A DNA stretch of 64,000 bases from Candidatus Marinacidobacterales bacterium (GCA_965226495.1 OZ245365.1:1-64000), one strand, 5' to 3'. Positions 29,864-40,505 are shown, numbered from the stretch's first letter. Notes: generated by a model from the letters alone, not told the origin. Translations and numbers: made by a program.

Positions 29864-31009
29864 CTACCGCGGCGGCAATGCCGACTCCCCGAGCCCATGG
29901 CTCCGGGTTGGTACCGGTGGTATCCGACGAACCCAATACATCCGCTGGCCGTCGCGGTCCAGGAGAGGATCGATTCCGAAACTCTCCTTTATGGAGGCCG
30001 CCCACCGCAATCGCCGCGGCTTCCCCAACCGCAGCTGTCCCAAGAGCGCGAAGACCGCGTCATGGGTGTGGCTCTTCACGCGAGGCGCGAGAAGACCGAA
30101 GTATCGGATGTTGTGCCGGTAGCGGTCGGAGACATGATCGGCCAGGGCAGCCAAAAACTCAGCTGGCGTGTAAGTGGTCTCGACCATCTGTCTCGTGCGC
30201 GTGTCCTTCGTCAAAAATTGGATTTCTTGACCGTCAATCTTCCGGAACCGGTGTTGTGCAATCGGGGGGCGTCGGGCGTAGCGGCCTGCATATCCCAGGA
30301 ACTGCTTCTTGCTCCGAAACCGCTGGATGTTGATGTTCCACCACCGTTCGTACTGCTCCTTGAGCAATTGCAGCAATGCGCGGCGAGTCATGTCGGTGTC
30401 CAGGACGCCGGCCCGAGCGGCTTTCCGCAGAAGCGTGATGACCGCGTAGCGCCACATCGGCATCAGAGCCTTCCGGTCTAATGAAGCTCTCTTACGCCAT
30501 CGAGCTCCATCCTCACGGAGGCCACCCTCGGAGACCAAGATGTGCAGGTGGCTGTTGAAATTCAGGTGACGGCCGTAAGTGTGAGGAATCACGACAATCA
30601 TGAGTCGGACGCCGTATTTTTGCCGCGCCCACTGCTGCAGCACCTGTGCGCCCAGGACGGGCAGATCGTGCAGGAGATGCCGGTTGCGCTGGAACAGCGG
30701 CCAGAGCAGATCCGGCATGGTCAAGCAGACGTGGGCGTACGGGACATCGGGCAGCTCCCTCCACTGGTCGCGTTGCCAGGCGCGGGTCGCCTGATACCCA
30801 CAGCTGGGACAGGCCCTTGATTTACAGGTGTGATAGACCACCCGTTCTTCACGGTCCGACGCAAAGACTTCCGCACCGAGGGCCTTGGTACCGCAATCGA
30901 TCACTTTGGCGAACGCCTCCCTCACGGCGGGACGAGTCTCGTCGCAATCCCAGACCTCCCGATGCGTCTTCAAGATCTGTCTGAGCGGTCGCGAGCGAGC
31001 AGAAGTCAT
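29864..31009 (-). CDS. IS91-family Y2 (HUH) rolling-circle transposase-like protein
   Basis: CKSRACPSCG zinc-binding motif, HTYG..NSHLH (HUH), YAGRY (Y2), IRYFG; ATG overlaps the upstream stop. Confidence 0.88.
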   Translation of the reverse strand: MTSARSRPLRQILKTHREVWDCDETRPAVREAFAKVIDCGTKALGAEVFASDREERVVYHTCKSRACPSCGYQATRAWQRDQWRELPDVPYAHVCLTMPDLLWPLFQRNRHLLHDLPVLGAQVLQQWARQKYGVRLMIVVIPHTYGRHLNFNSHLHILVSEGGLREDGARWRKRASLDRKALMPMWRYAVITLLRKAARAGVLDTDMTRRALLQLLKEQYERWWNINIQRFRSKKQFLGYAGRYARRPPIAQHRFRKIDGQEIQFLTKDTRTRQMVETTYTPAEFLAALADHVSDRYRHNIRYFGLLAPRVKSHTHDAVFALLGQLRLGKPRRLRWAASIKESFGIDPLLDRDGQRMYWVRRIPPVPTRSHGLGESALPPR

Positions 31010-31959
31010 CGAGGGTTGTTCTCCAGCAGCTCGTCGTAGCACGCTCGCGTCACCACCACGGCGCGCCCTGGAACCTCGGCGACGGCCACGGTGATGTCGT
31101 CCGCGTCGAGCTTCGCGAGTCCGCCGAGCACGATGGGCGCCACGTCGTCGACCGGTCGGACAGAATCACCAGCTTCGATGTGCGCTTTGACCAGCCGGTC
31201 GATCGTCTTCTTGATGGTCCCTCGATGCAGATGGTCCCACAAGGCATCGCTTTGCTTCTTCGGGGACAGTTTCCTCCACTGCCAGGCCCGATGGATGCTG
31301 ACCTCGCCTCGCAGGAGCTGTTCCTGAACTTCGGGAATCACGCTGTCCAAGAGCTGCTTGGTTTTGGTCACGTTGCCGCTCGAAACACCGGCGATGCGGG
31401 CGATGTCTCTCCGTACGTCTCTGCGCGTGTCGTTCGTCAAATTTGACGACGGCGTGTCGTTGCCTCTCGCCAACTGCGGTCGACCGCGGCGTTCCCGGAA
31501 GTACGGCTCCAGATGCAAGGCCAGCACGATGCGGCCATAGGCGTTGAGGCCGTCTGAGGCCCGGTGCCGTTGGAGCACGACCTGCAGAGCCTCCTCCTCG
31601 GACAGCTCGTATTCGAGGCAGGGCAGCATCGGCTGTGCCCGTTCGATCGCCACCTGCCACCGCGCGTATCCGTCAAGAATGATGTCGTCCGTCGTCGTCA
31701 ACAACGGCTCGTGGAGCGGCCCAGGCTGCTGACCCACCCGCCACGCCCTTGTCGCAGCGAGCGGTCGGCACAGCTTTTGGTAGACCGGATGCGGGCGCAA
31801 CGACGTGGTGGAGCGATCGACCAATCGAGGCCGAGACGAGCCATCATGACGCTCGGAGGTGTCGGCAACAGCGTCGCGCCGAGTGTCCCCGCCGTCCAGG
31901 CGCGCGACGCCCGGCAGGTCGGAGGACTTGCCGGGGCTGAGTATTGAGCGCGTGGTCAT
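31006..31959 (-). CDS. ParB-like protein with HTH
   Basis: LRPHP..PLL..IILDGYARW..A; IARIAGVSSGNV HTH. Confidence 0.7.
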   Translation of the reverse strand: MTTRSILSPGKSSDLPGVARLDGGDTRRDAVADTSERHDGSSRPRLVDRSTTSLRPHPVYQKLCRPLAATRAWRVGQQPGPLHEPLLTTTDDIILDGYARWQVAIERAQPMLPCLEYELSEEEALQVVLQRHRASDGLNAYGRIVLALHLEPYFRERRGRPQLARGNDTPSSNLTNDTRRDVRRDIARIAGVSSGNVTKTKQLLDSVIPEVQEQLLRGEVSIHRAWQWRKLSPKKQSDALWDHLHRGTIKKTIDRLVKAHIEAGDSVRPVDDVAPIVLGGLAKLDADDITVAVAEVPGRAVVVTRACYDELLENNPR

Positions 31960-32198
31960 GGCTGGGGTTGCTGCTCCGGGGAAGCAGTCTTTCCGCGCTT
32001 GTCAAACTGCCCAGTCAGCCAGACGTTCACCTCGGCTTCGGCCGAAGTCGACCAGGTCTGCCAGTGGCCACCAGCCCACGTTCCCGTCTGTCCGGAGGCA
32101 CAACATCTAATTAGGTTAAATGCTTGTGGCAGCGTGAAGTCCAACGTCCCGCGCACCTGCTCCACAGTGGCTGTGAGCCGATGATTCAGATGAGGCAT
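31956..32198 (-). CDS. Small hypothetical protein
   Basis: 80-aa ORF, ATGA-coupled to the ParB-like gene. Confidence 0.5.
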   Translation of the reverse strand: MPHLNHRLTATVEQVRGTLDFTLPQAFNLIRCCASGQTGTWAGGHWQTWSTSAEAEVNVWLTGQFDKRGKTASPEQQPQP

Positions 32199-32231
32199 GA
32201 CCTGAACCGCGTTGAATCAGCGAAGGTCCTG

Positions 32232-32501
32232 CTACCGGCGGCCATCGATCGTCTGGCGTTCCAATTCCAGGCGTGCCACCAGGGCGCGTATCTCATCGTC
32301 GGTCCTGCCGGCGATCCGCGCGGCGTTAACGGCGGACACTTCGCCAGCCGGCCAACCCACGGCGCGAGCACCAAGGCTCACAGGTTTTGGCCAGAGGCCT
32401 TGGGCGATACGCAGGTACAACGTAGAGCGCGGATAGCCGGATTCAGCTTGAACTTGCTTGCGTCGGAAAATTGCCAGCGTCGAGTAAGAGAACTGTGCCA
32501 T
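32232..32501 (-). CDS. alpA: AlpA family regulator / excisionase
   Basis: RRKQV..SGYPRSTLYLRIAQGLWPKPVSLGARAVGWP..EV. Confidence 0.88.
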   Translation of the reverse strand: MAQFSYSTLAIFRRKQVQAESGYPRSTLYLRIAQGLWPKPVSLGARAVGWPAGEVSAVNAARIAGRTDDEIRALVARLELERQTIDGRR

Positions 32502-32580
32502 GTCTTGCCCCTTGTGGAGCGTTCCCGGCTCATCCGGGGAACGACATGGCGATCAGAGCATGGGCGAGGCCGTGCGTGGT

Positions 32581-32614
32581 CGCAATTGCGGAAACTTCTT
32601 CCGCAATTGCGGAA
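32581..32614. promoter_or_regulatory. Tandem palindromes, putative operator upstream of alpA
   Basis: CGCAATTGCG (32581-32590) and perfect TTCCGCAATTGCGGAA (32599-32614). Confidence 0.5.
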
Positions 32615-33349
32615 CTAGTTGGAGATCTTACCTCGTCGTTCAAGAGCGTCGGGGATGCGTTTCAGGTGGTCTTCGATGGTGCGCGCAGAAACCCTTGCGC
32701 GAAGCCCTATGGTCTGCGCCTCAATGACTTCACCCGCTTTAGACGCCTTGGAGATGTCAATGTTCGCCGCACGAGCAAGTGCGGCAATGATGGTCAAGAG
32801 CGTTGCCCGCTCGCGCTGCTCCAGAGGTTTATCGAGAGGATCCATGGTGTCGCCCGGTTTCGACGGTTGTTGTTCTTCGGGCCCGAGTGAAGGTGAAGCA
32901 AGGCTGGCAGCGACCGCGTCGAGGGCCTGGGGTCGGACCACGAGCAGACTGCCGACATCGAACGACGTGTCAAAACTGGAAAATAGTTGATAGACCACGT
33001 CATCCTTCCCCGTGACGTATGCCACCGGAATGTCGAATACCTCCACACGGGTGTCGAGCTTGACGTTGGGCAGCCCACACCTCGCTCGGTACCGGGTTTC
33101 TAACTCAGGGCGAACAGGGCCTTTCAGGAGGAGATCCCACACTCCTTCAACCTTTTCCGACTCGGCTCCCTCACAGTCTTGGATTGCTGTCATGGGTTTC
33201 AGGAGATTCACAGACAGTTGAAGCTTGCCATCCAGGCCCAGTCGGAGAATGTCATCCTCGTCAACATCGACGCCGGTCTCGGAAGACAGGTAATCTGCTG
33301 CCTCGTCGAGGTTCAACCACTCGCGGAGCTTCCAAAGGTTAGAAGTCAT
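32615..33349 (-). CDS. Island-associated hypothetical protein
   Basis: KLREWLNLDEAADYLS HTH-like start; ATGA overlap with the integrase stub stop. Confidence 0.7.
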   Translation of the reverse strand: MTSNLWKLREWLNLDEAADYLSSETGVDVDEDDILRLGLDGKLQLSVNLLKPMTAIQDCEGAESEKVEGVWDLLLKGPVRPELETRYRARCGLPNVKLDTRVEVFDIPVAYVTGKDDVVYQLFSSFDTSFDVGSLLVVRPQALDAVAASLASPSLGPEEQQPSKPGDTMDPLDKPLEQRERATLLTIIAALARAANIDISKASKAGEVIEAQTIGLRARVSARTIEDHLKRIPDALERRGKISN

Positions 33350-33480
33350 GCCCGGATCGCCACAATACCAGCCGGTGTCGAGGTGGCAAATCTGGCCCAC
33401 GACTCCATCAAGGCTCGACGACGCTCAAACAGGTCCGTGCGGCGATACGCCGCCTCGGTCTTGTCACGTACATGGGTCGG
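33346..33480 (-). pseudogene. P4-like tyrosine integrase, C-terminal stub
   Basis: H..DKTEAAYRRTDLFERRRALMESWA; the rest of the gene is absent. Confidence 0.75.
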
Positions 33481-33589
33481 GTCCTGAGAGCACTCCAGAC
33501 CCATGATGGCCGCCTCGCTGAATCGCCGGCTCGCTTCATCAACGTCTATGAACAAATCAGGAAGACAGGAGGCTCGGGCGGCAGCACGA

Positions 33590-33675
33590 TGGCGGAGGGA
33601 GAGGGATTCGAACCCCCGGACCTCTCGGTCAACGGTTTTCAAGACCGCCGCCTTAAACCGCTCGGCCATCCCTCC
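33590..33675 (-). tRNA. tRNA-Ser (anticodon UGA)
   Basis: GGAGGGATGGCCGAGCGGTTTAAGGCGGCGGTCT-TGA-AAACCG..GGTTCGAATCC..TCCCTCCGCCA; variable arm; encoded CCA. Confidence 0.95.
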
Positions 33676-33704
33676 GCGCCTGTCTCAAGGAGTTATTGTA
33701 CCGC

Positions 33705-33880
33705 CCCCTGACGAGTTTTGGTTATGGCACCTCCGTAATTTGGGTGGCCCGCGGTGATTTGGATGACCCCCTGACTCGGTTCGGTTGTAGCAACCTCGTA
33801 GTTTGGGTGGGCAGCTGTGATTTAGGTAGTCCCCTTGACGCGGTCTGGTTGAAGCAACCTCGCCATTTTAGGTGGCCGCA
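33705..33880. repeat. About three degenerate 63-bp tandem repeats
   Basis: CCC(C/T)TGAC..GGTT..C.TC..TTT.GGTGG units begin at about 33705, 33768 and 33831. Confidence 0.6.
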
Positions 33881-34197
33881 CGACGAGGGGAACTCCGTGA
33901 CCTGGCTGGCCCCGCTACTGCGGGTGCATTGGGCTTCGAATTGAAAAAGCGGCGTGGGGATTTTCTCCACGGGTGATGAGGGCGAAAGCCCTCAGGGCTG
34001 GACTCTAGGAAGAAGTTATGGACCCATAACTCCTTATTTAACAACGGATTGAAAGATCGAATAGCAAGGTGTTCTAACGACAAACTTGTTTCCTCTGAGC
34101 ATGTTTCTTGCAAAGTACCGCGTCGACTGGAGCAGGGGTTCTCGCCACTGGATTCTCTTGTGCCTGCGAGCGACGCCCGACTCAATCGAGACTCGAT

Positions 34198-35499
34198 ATG
34201 ATAGAAGCGGACGGGGTCCCATACCGAGAGCGACTGGACGAGATACTGCTGCTGCTGGTCCGACACGGCAGCATGGCATTGCTCCTTGTCGATCTCTCTC
34301 AGTTGAGCCAGGTGGAGCACGACTACGGTTCCAAGGCCTACGAAAAGGTTTTGGACGACGCCACGCAGCTCTTTCGAGACTTGCGCGGTGGAGAGGTTCG
34401 CGCCACCGATATGCTGGCGAGCAGCGACAAGGGAGGCGACGCCTTTCTCGTGTTCCTCTCTCCAAAGCGTACCGGAGGCCCAGCGCGAATCGCCGAGCTC
34501 GAGGCAGCGGCGGCGAGGATCGAGAACTACTTCGACCAGAGGTTGTCAAAACTAGCATCGCCGTATGTGCAAAATCTCAAGGTGCCGGTCGGATACAGTC
34601 TCGTGCTCCACAATCCACTGGTCATGGCGGAAAGGTTGGTTACCCGACTCGTAAACGAGGCGTGGGAGTGTGTCCGCTATCAGCAACTGCAGAAGGCGTT
34701 CAAGAGTCGAGCCCAGATACTCGAGATTATCCTCAACGACAATTTGAAAACGCTCTTTCAACCGATCTTCAGAATGGACAACAAGGAAGTGATGGGTTAC
34801 GAGGCGCTTTCCAGGGGGCCGGAGGGAACGGTGTTTCAGAGTCCGCTCAATCTCTTCGAGGGGGCGGCCGAAGCCGATCTCGTCTTCGAGCTCGATCGCG
34901 CGTGCCGTCTCCGCGCACTCCGGAGCGGCCAAGGACTTTCTATGCCGACCAAGCTCTTCATCAACATTCTCCCGTCTTCTATGTACGATCCCGATTTCCA
35001 TGGCGCCCGTCTCCTGGACCGGCTGGAACAATTGGGGATCGCTCCCGAGCAAGTCGTACTTGAGGTCACCGAGAAGTACGCCATCGAGAACTATTCCCTT
35101 TTCGGTGAGGCGGTGCGCAACTTCACCAAGATGGGAATCGCGATCGCGGTGGACGACATCGGTGCCGGGCATTCCGGTCTGGAAAAAATCGCCAACCTGA
35201 ATCCCAAGTACTTGAAGTTCGACATCGAGCTGGTAAGGGATATCGACGCCAGTTACGTCCGCCAGGAGATGGTGAAGGCCCTCAAGATCTTCGCCGACAA
35301 GATGGGCTCCACGATCATCGCCGAGGGAATCGAGCGGCAGGAAGAGCTCGAGACCCTTCTGCAACTCGGCGTCGATCACGGCCAGGGCTATTTGCTCGGG
35401 CGACCCGAAAAGGGGTTGGGCGAGCACCAGTCGAAATCGGAGCTCCGCTTAGCGGACGAGCCCAAGCTCCATAAGGTTGCGACGAAACCCGCCTCCTAG
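34198..35499 (+). CDS. EAL phosphodiesterase with degenerate GGDEF domain
   Basis: GGDAF; YEALSR, DDIGAGHS, AEGIE, QGYL; start uncertain. Confidence 0.88.
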   Translation: MIEADGVPYRERLDEILLLLVRHGSMALLLVDLSQLSQVEHDYGSKAYEKVLDDATQLFRDLRGGEVRATDMLASSDKGGDAFLVFLSPKRTGGPARIAELEAAAARIENYFDQRLSKLASPYVQNLKVPVGYSLVLHNPLVMAERLVTRLVNEAWECVRYQQLQKAFKSRAQILEIILNDNLKTLFQPIFRMDNKEVMGYEALSRGPEGTVFQSPLNLFEGAAEADLVFELDRACRLRALRSGQGLSMPTKLFINILPSSMYDPDFHGARLLDRLEQLGIAPEQVVLEVTEKYAIENYSLFGEAVRNFTKMGIAIAVDDIGAGHSGLEKIANLNPKYLKFDIELVRDIDASYVRQEMVKALKIFADKMGSTIIAEGIERQEELETLLQLGVDHGQGYLLGRPEKGLGEHQSKSELRLADEPKLHKVATKPAS

Positions 35500-35503
35500 G
35501 ACA

Positions 35504-36805
35504 CTAGGCAGGCTGAGCGGCAGTTATCCTCTCGAGCCCATCGAGATAAGGCCTGAGTGCTTTGGGGATGCTGACCGAACCGTCGGGATTCTGAAAGTTC
35601 TCCAGGATGGCCACCAGCGTTCTTCCCACTGCGAGGCCGGAGCCGTTCAGAGTGTGTACGAATCGAACCTTGGATTTCGCGTCCGGCCGGTAACGTATCT
35701 TCGCCCGTCGAGCCTGGAAGTCGGTGCAGTTGCTGCAAGAACTAATTTCTCGAAAAGCGTTCTGACCGGGAAGCCATACCTCGATGTCGTAGGTTTTGGC
35801 GGCAGAGAAGCCCATGTCTCCCGTCGATAGTGCCGCCACCCGATAAGGAAGCTCGAGCCTCTTCAGAACCTCTTCGGCGTCAACCGTCATCTTCTCGAGC
35901 TCTTCGAAAGAGGTCTCCGGGGTAGTCAGCTTGACCAACTCCACCTTGTTGAATTGGTGCTGGCGAATGAGTCCTCGCACATCCTTTCCATAGGAGCCGG
36001 CTTCACTCCGGAAACAAGGCGTGTAAGCGGTGTAGTAGATGGGAAGTTGAGCGCCATCTAAGACTTCGTCTCGATGCAGGTTGGTAAGCGGCACTTCGGC
36101 GGTCGGGACCAAGTAGAGGTCGCGCTCTCGAACCCTAAAGAGATCCTCCTCGAACTTGGGAAGCTGTCCGGTGCCTTCGAGGGAGGCGCTATTCACGAGG
36201 ATGGGGGGAAGCACCTCGCGATAGCCGTGGCTGTTGGATTGCAGATCGAGCATGAAATTGATGAGGGCTCGCTCGAGCTTGGCTCCGAGATCCAGGTAGA
36301 CCACGAAGCGGGCTCCCGACAGCTTGGCCGCCCTATCGAAGTCGAGGATGCCGAGCTCCGTGCCGATCTCCCAGTGCGGCCGTGGTGGGGAATCGAACTG
36401 TGGCAACTCGCCATGCCGTCGCACCTCGACGTTGGCTGAGGCATCGGGTCCCACCGGGACACTTTCATGGGGAAGGTTGGGGACGTTGAGCAAAATTTGG
36501 CGGAGGAGCTCTTCCACTTCGCGTTGCCGTTCCTCTTTGCCTTTGATGACATTAGATGCTTCTCGCAAACGGCTGCGCAGGGCGTCCGCTTCGTCCTTTT
36601 TCTTTTCCTTGAGTAATGCTCCGATCTGTTGCGACTCCTTCTGGTGGTCGTGGCGCATCTGGCTGATTTCGGTCTGGAGGCTCTTGCGTTCGCCGTTTAA
36701 CGTCACGACTTCGGAGAGGTCGACGGAGATCCCACGGTCTTTGAGCTGTGTAGAAACTAGGTCCAGATTGTCAGCGACGAAGTTGAGGTCCAACATCGGT
36801 GACAT
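35504..36805 (-). CDS. serS: Serine--tRNA ligase
   Basis: [45 protein letters not shown]. Confidence 0.97.
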   Translation of the reverse strand: MSPMLDLNFVADNLDLVSTQLKDRGISVDLSEVVTLNGERKSLQTEISQMRHDHQKESQQIGALLKEKKKDEADALRSRLREASNVIKGKEERQREVEELLRQILLNVPNLPHESVPVGPDASANVEVRRHGELPQFDSPPRPHWEIGTELGILDFDRAAKLSGARFVVYLDLGAKLERALINFMLDLQSNSHGYREVLPPILVNSASLEGTGQLPKFEEDLFRVRERDLYLVPTAEVPLTNLHRDEVLDGAQLPIYYTAYTPCFRSEAGSYGKDVRGLIRQHQFNKVELVKLTTPETSFEELEKMTVDAEEVLKRLELPYRVAALSTGDMGFSAAKTYDIEVWLPGQNAFREISSCSNCTDFQARRAKIRYRPDAKSKVRFVHTLNGSGLAVGRTLVAILENFQNPDGSVSIPKALRPYLDGLERITAAQPA

Positions 36806-36983
36806 GTTAGTCCTCTCCCGTTCCCGATTCAAAGCCCTGCTTAGGACCGTCGGCCATTGGCGGGAGCGGTTGACCCCGACCACAAATCCTTCTGCACCCG
36901 ATCGCACTATTTTGTGATCGGGGTTAAGATGCGCACTGTTTCCTTTCTGAAAGTCCGCGTACAGCCGAGTATAGGATGAAGAG

Positions 36984-37862
36984 ATGACGCATCCAGCCAG
37001 ACTCCGTAAGGCTGTGCTCCCGGCCGCGGGGCTCGGCACTCGTTTTCTCCCGGCCACCAAGGCTCAGCCGAAGGAGATGCTGCCCTTGGTGGACAAGCCA
37101 CTGATCCAATATGTTGTGGAGGAGGCGGTGGCGGCAGGAATCGAAGACATCATCATCGTCACCGGCCGCGGCAAGTCGGCCATCGAAGATCATTTCGACG
37201 TCTCGTTCGAATTGGAGAGGTTCCTGGAGGAGCGCGGAAGGGATGCCGAGCTGGCGACGGTTCGAGCCATCTCCGACCTGATTCAAGTTTCCTACGTGAG
37301 ACAGAAAGAGGCGCTTGGGCTCGGACATGCGGTGGGAGTTGCAGAGCATCTTGTTGGGGACGAGCCCTTCGCCGTGTTGCTCGGTGACGATCTCATCGCG
37401 AGCGAGGTGCCTTGCACTAAGCAGATGTTGGAAGTTTTCGAGAAAGAGCAAGGGCCGATCCTGGCGGTGATGAAGGTGCCTCGCGAGGAAATCGGAAGCT
37501 ACGGCGTCATCGCCGGCGAACAAGTAGGCGAGCGGCTCTATCGGGTCCGGGACATGGTGGAGAAGCCGGCTGCCGATGAAGCTCCGTCGGATCTCGCCAT
37601 CATCGGTCGCTACATCCTTACTCCAGACGTATTTTCCCATTTGGCGCGAACCGAAAAAGATCAGCGTGGCGAGATCCAGTTGACGAACGGTTTGCGCAGT
37701 CTGGCCTCCGAGCGTCCGGTCTTCGGGTACGAGTTCGAGGGGCAGCGTCATGATTGTGGGAACAAGCTAGGCTTCCTCAAAGCGAGCGTAGAGTACGCGT
37801 TGAAACGCCCCGATCTGGGGGCTCCCTTTCGGGACTATCTGAGACGTCTGCAGCTAGACTAG
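36984..37862 (+). CDS. galU: UTP--glucose-1-phosphate uridylyltransferase
   Basis: [25 protein letters not shown]. Confidence 0.95.
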   Translation: MTHPARLRKAVLPAAGLGTRFLPATKAQPKEMLPLVDKPLIQYVVEEAVAAGIEDIIIVTGRGKSAIEDHFDVSFELERFLEERGRDAELATVRAISDLIQVSYVRQKEALGLGHAVGVAEHLVGDEPFAVLLGDDLIASEVPCTKQMLEVFEKEQGPILAVMKVPREEIGSYGVIAGEQVGERLYRVRDMVEKPAADEAPSDLAIIGRYILTPDVFSHLARTEKDQRGEIQLTNGLRSLASERPVFGYEFEGQRHDCGNKLGFLKASVEYALKRPDLGAPFRDYLRRLQLD

Positions 37863-38025
37863 CCTCCCCGGCTCTTCCTTAGCTGGCGTCCAGGAAACGT
37901 CACTTCTTGCCCACCCGTGGGTGTCTTTACCCCCACCCTTTGGTCGAGTGGCCTAGCAAGTTACATTGTCACAATAGTTTGTAGAGATTTCTCTCTGGCA
38001 CGGATTCTGTATTCCTGTTGTCTTT

Positions 38026-40476
38026 GTGGAACTCTACTTGGTCTACAGGGCATCGGCCGCGGGCCCGCTGGACGACGTTTTGCGGGAAATCGTGCCCTAC
38101 CTCGGCTGGAAGTACGGCCAGAAGATCCTCGTTCTGGTGGCTATCGTTTGGGCGGTCCGCTGGTTTCTCGCGCGGTCTGGAGCCGGAGGCGATGGGCTAG
38201 TCGCTACTTTGTTGGGAAGGCTCTTTGGTCAGGGTTTCGAGAACGGCAAGCTTCGCCGCGAGGCGGCCCGAGCGGCGAGGGCCCGCGACTGGTTCGGAGC
38301 CGGACAACTTTACGAGGAACTCGGCGAGCTTGGCAAAGCCCTCGACTGCTACGAGAAGGGTGAAGAGCACCGCTTGTGCGGAGAAATCTGTTTGCGCATG
38401 GGTCGTAAAGACTACGCCGCCGATTGGTTCGTTCTTGCCAACGAAAAAGTTCGTGCCGCCCGTCTGTTTGCTGAAGCGGGGAAGTTGGAGCGTGCCGCCG
38501 AGATCTACCTCGAGGCGGGCTCGGCCTTGGAAGCGGCGGCGATGTTCGGCAAGGCCGGGAACTTCGAACGCGCCGGGGAGCTCTACAGTCGAGGTGGTTA
38601 CTATCTGAAGGCCGGGGTCGCCTATGAGAGCGCCGGTGATTTCCGGAGGGCGGCGGAGCTCTTCGAGCGCCAATTGGGCGAAGTCTCGGCCGGGGCGCAA
38701 GGGTACCTCTCCGAAAAACAACGACAGGAGCTGGCCCGGCTCTCGGCTCGTGCCGCGAGCGGCTTTCAAAAGGTGGGCGAACGAAAAAGGGCCGCCTCTA
38801 TTATGGAACGCGGTGGCCAATACGGCCTCGCCGCGGCGGTGTGGGAAAAGTTGGGCGAGCACAAGCGGGCCGCCGAGCTCTACCGAAAATCCGGCCAGAT
38901 GCACAAGGCTGCGGAGATGTTCGGGGAAGTAGGGGACTCGAGAACCGCTGCCTCGCTCGAAGGCGAGCACCAACTGTCGCTTGGAAATCAGCCGGTGGCG
39001 GCGGAGTGTTTCTTGAAGGCCGGTGACCCGGTTCGTGCCGCTGAGCTCTTCGAGACTCTTCAGGAGTACGGGCGGGCCGCCGATTGTTATGAGAATGCGG
39101 GTGCCTTCGCGGCAGCCGCCGATGCAGCGCTTCTTGGTGGGGACAAGTCTCGCGGGGCTGGTTTCCTGGAGAAGGCCAAACAGTTCGATCGCGCTGCGGA
39201 GCTTCGCATGGAGCTCGGTCACTTCGAGCCAGCTGCCAAGTTCTTTGCCGAGGCGGGTCGATTCTTCGAGGCCGCGAAAGCCGCCTCCCAGGCGAATTTG
39301 GAAAAAGATATGGTGGGTTATCTGCAACAGGTGCCCCCGGATGACACGCACTATACGAACGCGACCGCCCAGCTGGCTAAATTATTCCTTCGCCGCGGCT
39401 GGACCTCCCTCGCGATCGAAAAGCTACAGAGGGTGGTGGGACAAGCGGATGTTCGCGCCGACAATCTTCATCTTTGGGATGTCCTCGCGCAGGCTTATGA
39501 AGCCCAGGAGGATTTTCAGAAGACCGCCGATGTTCTACACCAAATTATGGGGGTGCAGTACAACTACGAGGGTGCCGACGAGCGCCATGCGCGAGCACTC
39601 GAACGGCTCGCCGCAGAGAAGTCCCGGGAAATCGAGCTCGAAAGCCCGGCGACGGCCCTAGGCGGTGGCACCAACGGCAACGGCCATCGGTACGAATTGC
39701 AGAAACTGCTTGGCAAGGGGGGGATGGGCGCGGTTTACCTTGCTTTCGACAGCTTGCTCAAACGACCGGTGGCCTATAAGGTCCTATCGGCCGAGCTGGC
39801 CCGGAGTGCCGACGCCCGCGATCAGCTCTTGGCCGAAGCGCGTGCTGCGGCCGCTCTCAACCACCCCAACATCATTACCGTCTTCGACATCGGATTTAAA
39901 GACGATCAGCCGTTCATTTGTATGGAGTTGGTGGAAGGTGAGAACTACGCCAAGATTCTCCGAACCAAGAAGCACCTCCAGATCTCCGAGGCGATGCATC
40001 TCCTCGTATCGGTCTGCCAGGGACTCGAGCATGCCCACCGTCGAGGAATAGTGCACCGGGACCTGAAACCTTCCAATGTGCTGCTGACCACTGAGAATCG
40101 AGTAAAAATCGTCGACTTTGGGCTCGCGCAGCTCAACCATGGCGACAAAGTGGTGGATGGGAACATGTCCATATCCGGAACCCCGAAGTACGTCTCACCG
40201 GAGCAAGCGCGGGCCCAGCCGACCGACCCTCGATCGGATATCTACTCGTTGGGTGCCTCTTTGTACGAGATCCTGGTCGGCCACGCCCCCTTCACCGAGG
40301 GGAATTTGGTGATGCACCATCTTTACTCGCCGGTTCCTCCCCTGCGGAAGACTCGACCCGAGATACCCGAGCCTTTGGAGGAGCTGGTGTTGCACTGCCT
40401 CGCCAAGCAACCCCAGGAGCGATTCCAGTCCACGGGGGAGATTCTCGCCTTCGCCCAGGCCGCCAAGCTTCTCTAA
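38026..40476 (+). CDS. Helical-repeat (TPR-like) protein with C-terminal Ser/Thr kinase
   Basis: Many AAELF repeats; GKGGMG, HRDLKPSN, DFG. Confidence 0.9.
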   Translation: MELYLVYRASAAGPLDDVLREIVPYLGWKYGQKILVLVAIVWAVRWFLARSGAGGDGLVATLLGRLFGQGFENGKLRREAARAARARDWFGAGQLYEELGELGKALDCYEKGEEHRLCGEICLRMGRKDYAADWFVLANEKVRAARLFAEAGKLERAAEIYLEAGSALEAAAMFGKAGNFERAGELYSRGGYYLKAGVAYESAGDFRRAAELFERQLGEVSAGAQGYLSEKQRQELARLSARAASGFQKVGERKRAASIMERGGQYGLAAAVWEKLGEHKRAAELYRKSGQMHKAAEMFGEVGDSRTAASLEGEHQLSLGNQPVAAECFLKAGDPVRAAELFETLQEYGRAADCYENAGAFAAAADAALLGGDKSRGAGFLEKAKQFDRAAELRMELGHFEPAAKFFAEAGRFFEAAKAASQANLEKDMVGYLQQVPPDDTHYTNATAQLAKLFLRRGWTSLAIEKLQRVVGQADVRADNLHLWDVLAQAYEAQEDFQKTADVLHQIMGVQYNYEGADERHARALERLAAEKSREIELESPATALGGGTNGNGHRYELQKLLGKGGMGAVYLAFDSLLKRPVAYKVLSAELARSADARDQLLAEARAAAALNHPNIITVFDIGFKDDQPFICMELVEGENYAKILRTKKHLQISEAMHLLVSVCQGLEHAHRRGIVHRDLKPSNVLLTTENRVKIVDFGLAQLNHGDKVVDGNMSISGTPKYVSPEQARAQPTDPRSDIYSLGASLYEILVGHAPFTEGNLVMHHLYSPVPPLRKTRPEIPEPLEELVLHCLAKQPQERFQSTGEILAFAQAAKLL

Positions 40477-40505
40477 GACCCCGTAACCGTGATAAAAAAG
40501 TCCGC

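Noticed and set aside
1-33589. Duplicated tRNA 3' end (att site) marking the far island boundary
   Set aside because: No copy of TGGCGGAGGGAGAGGGATTCGAA found by eye; it may be deleted or outside the window
33590-33675. tRNA-Sec, suggested by the UGA peroxiredoxin
   Set aside because: The anticodon is UGA (Ser), not UCA, and the acceptor stem is a standard 7 bp
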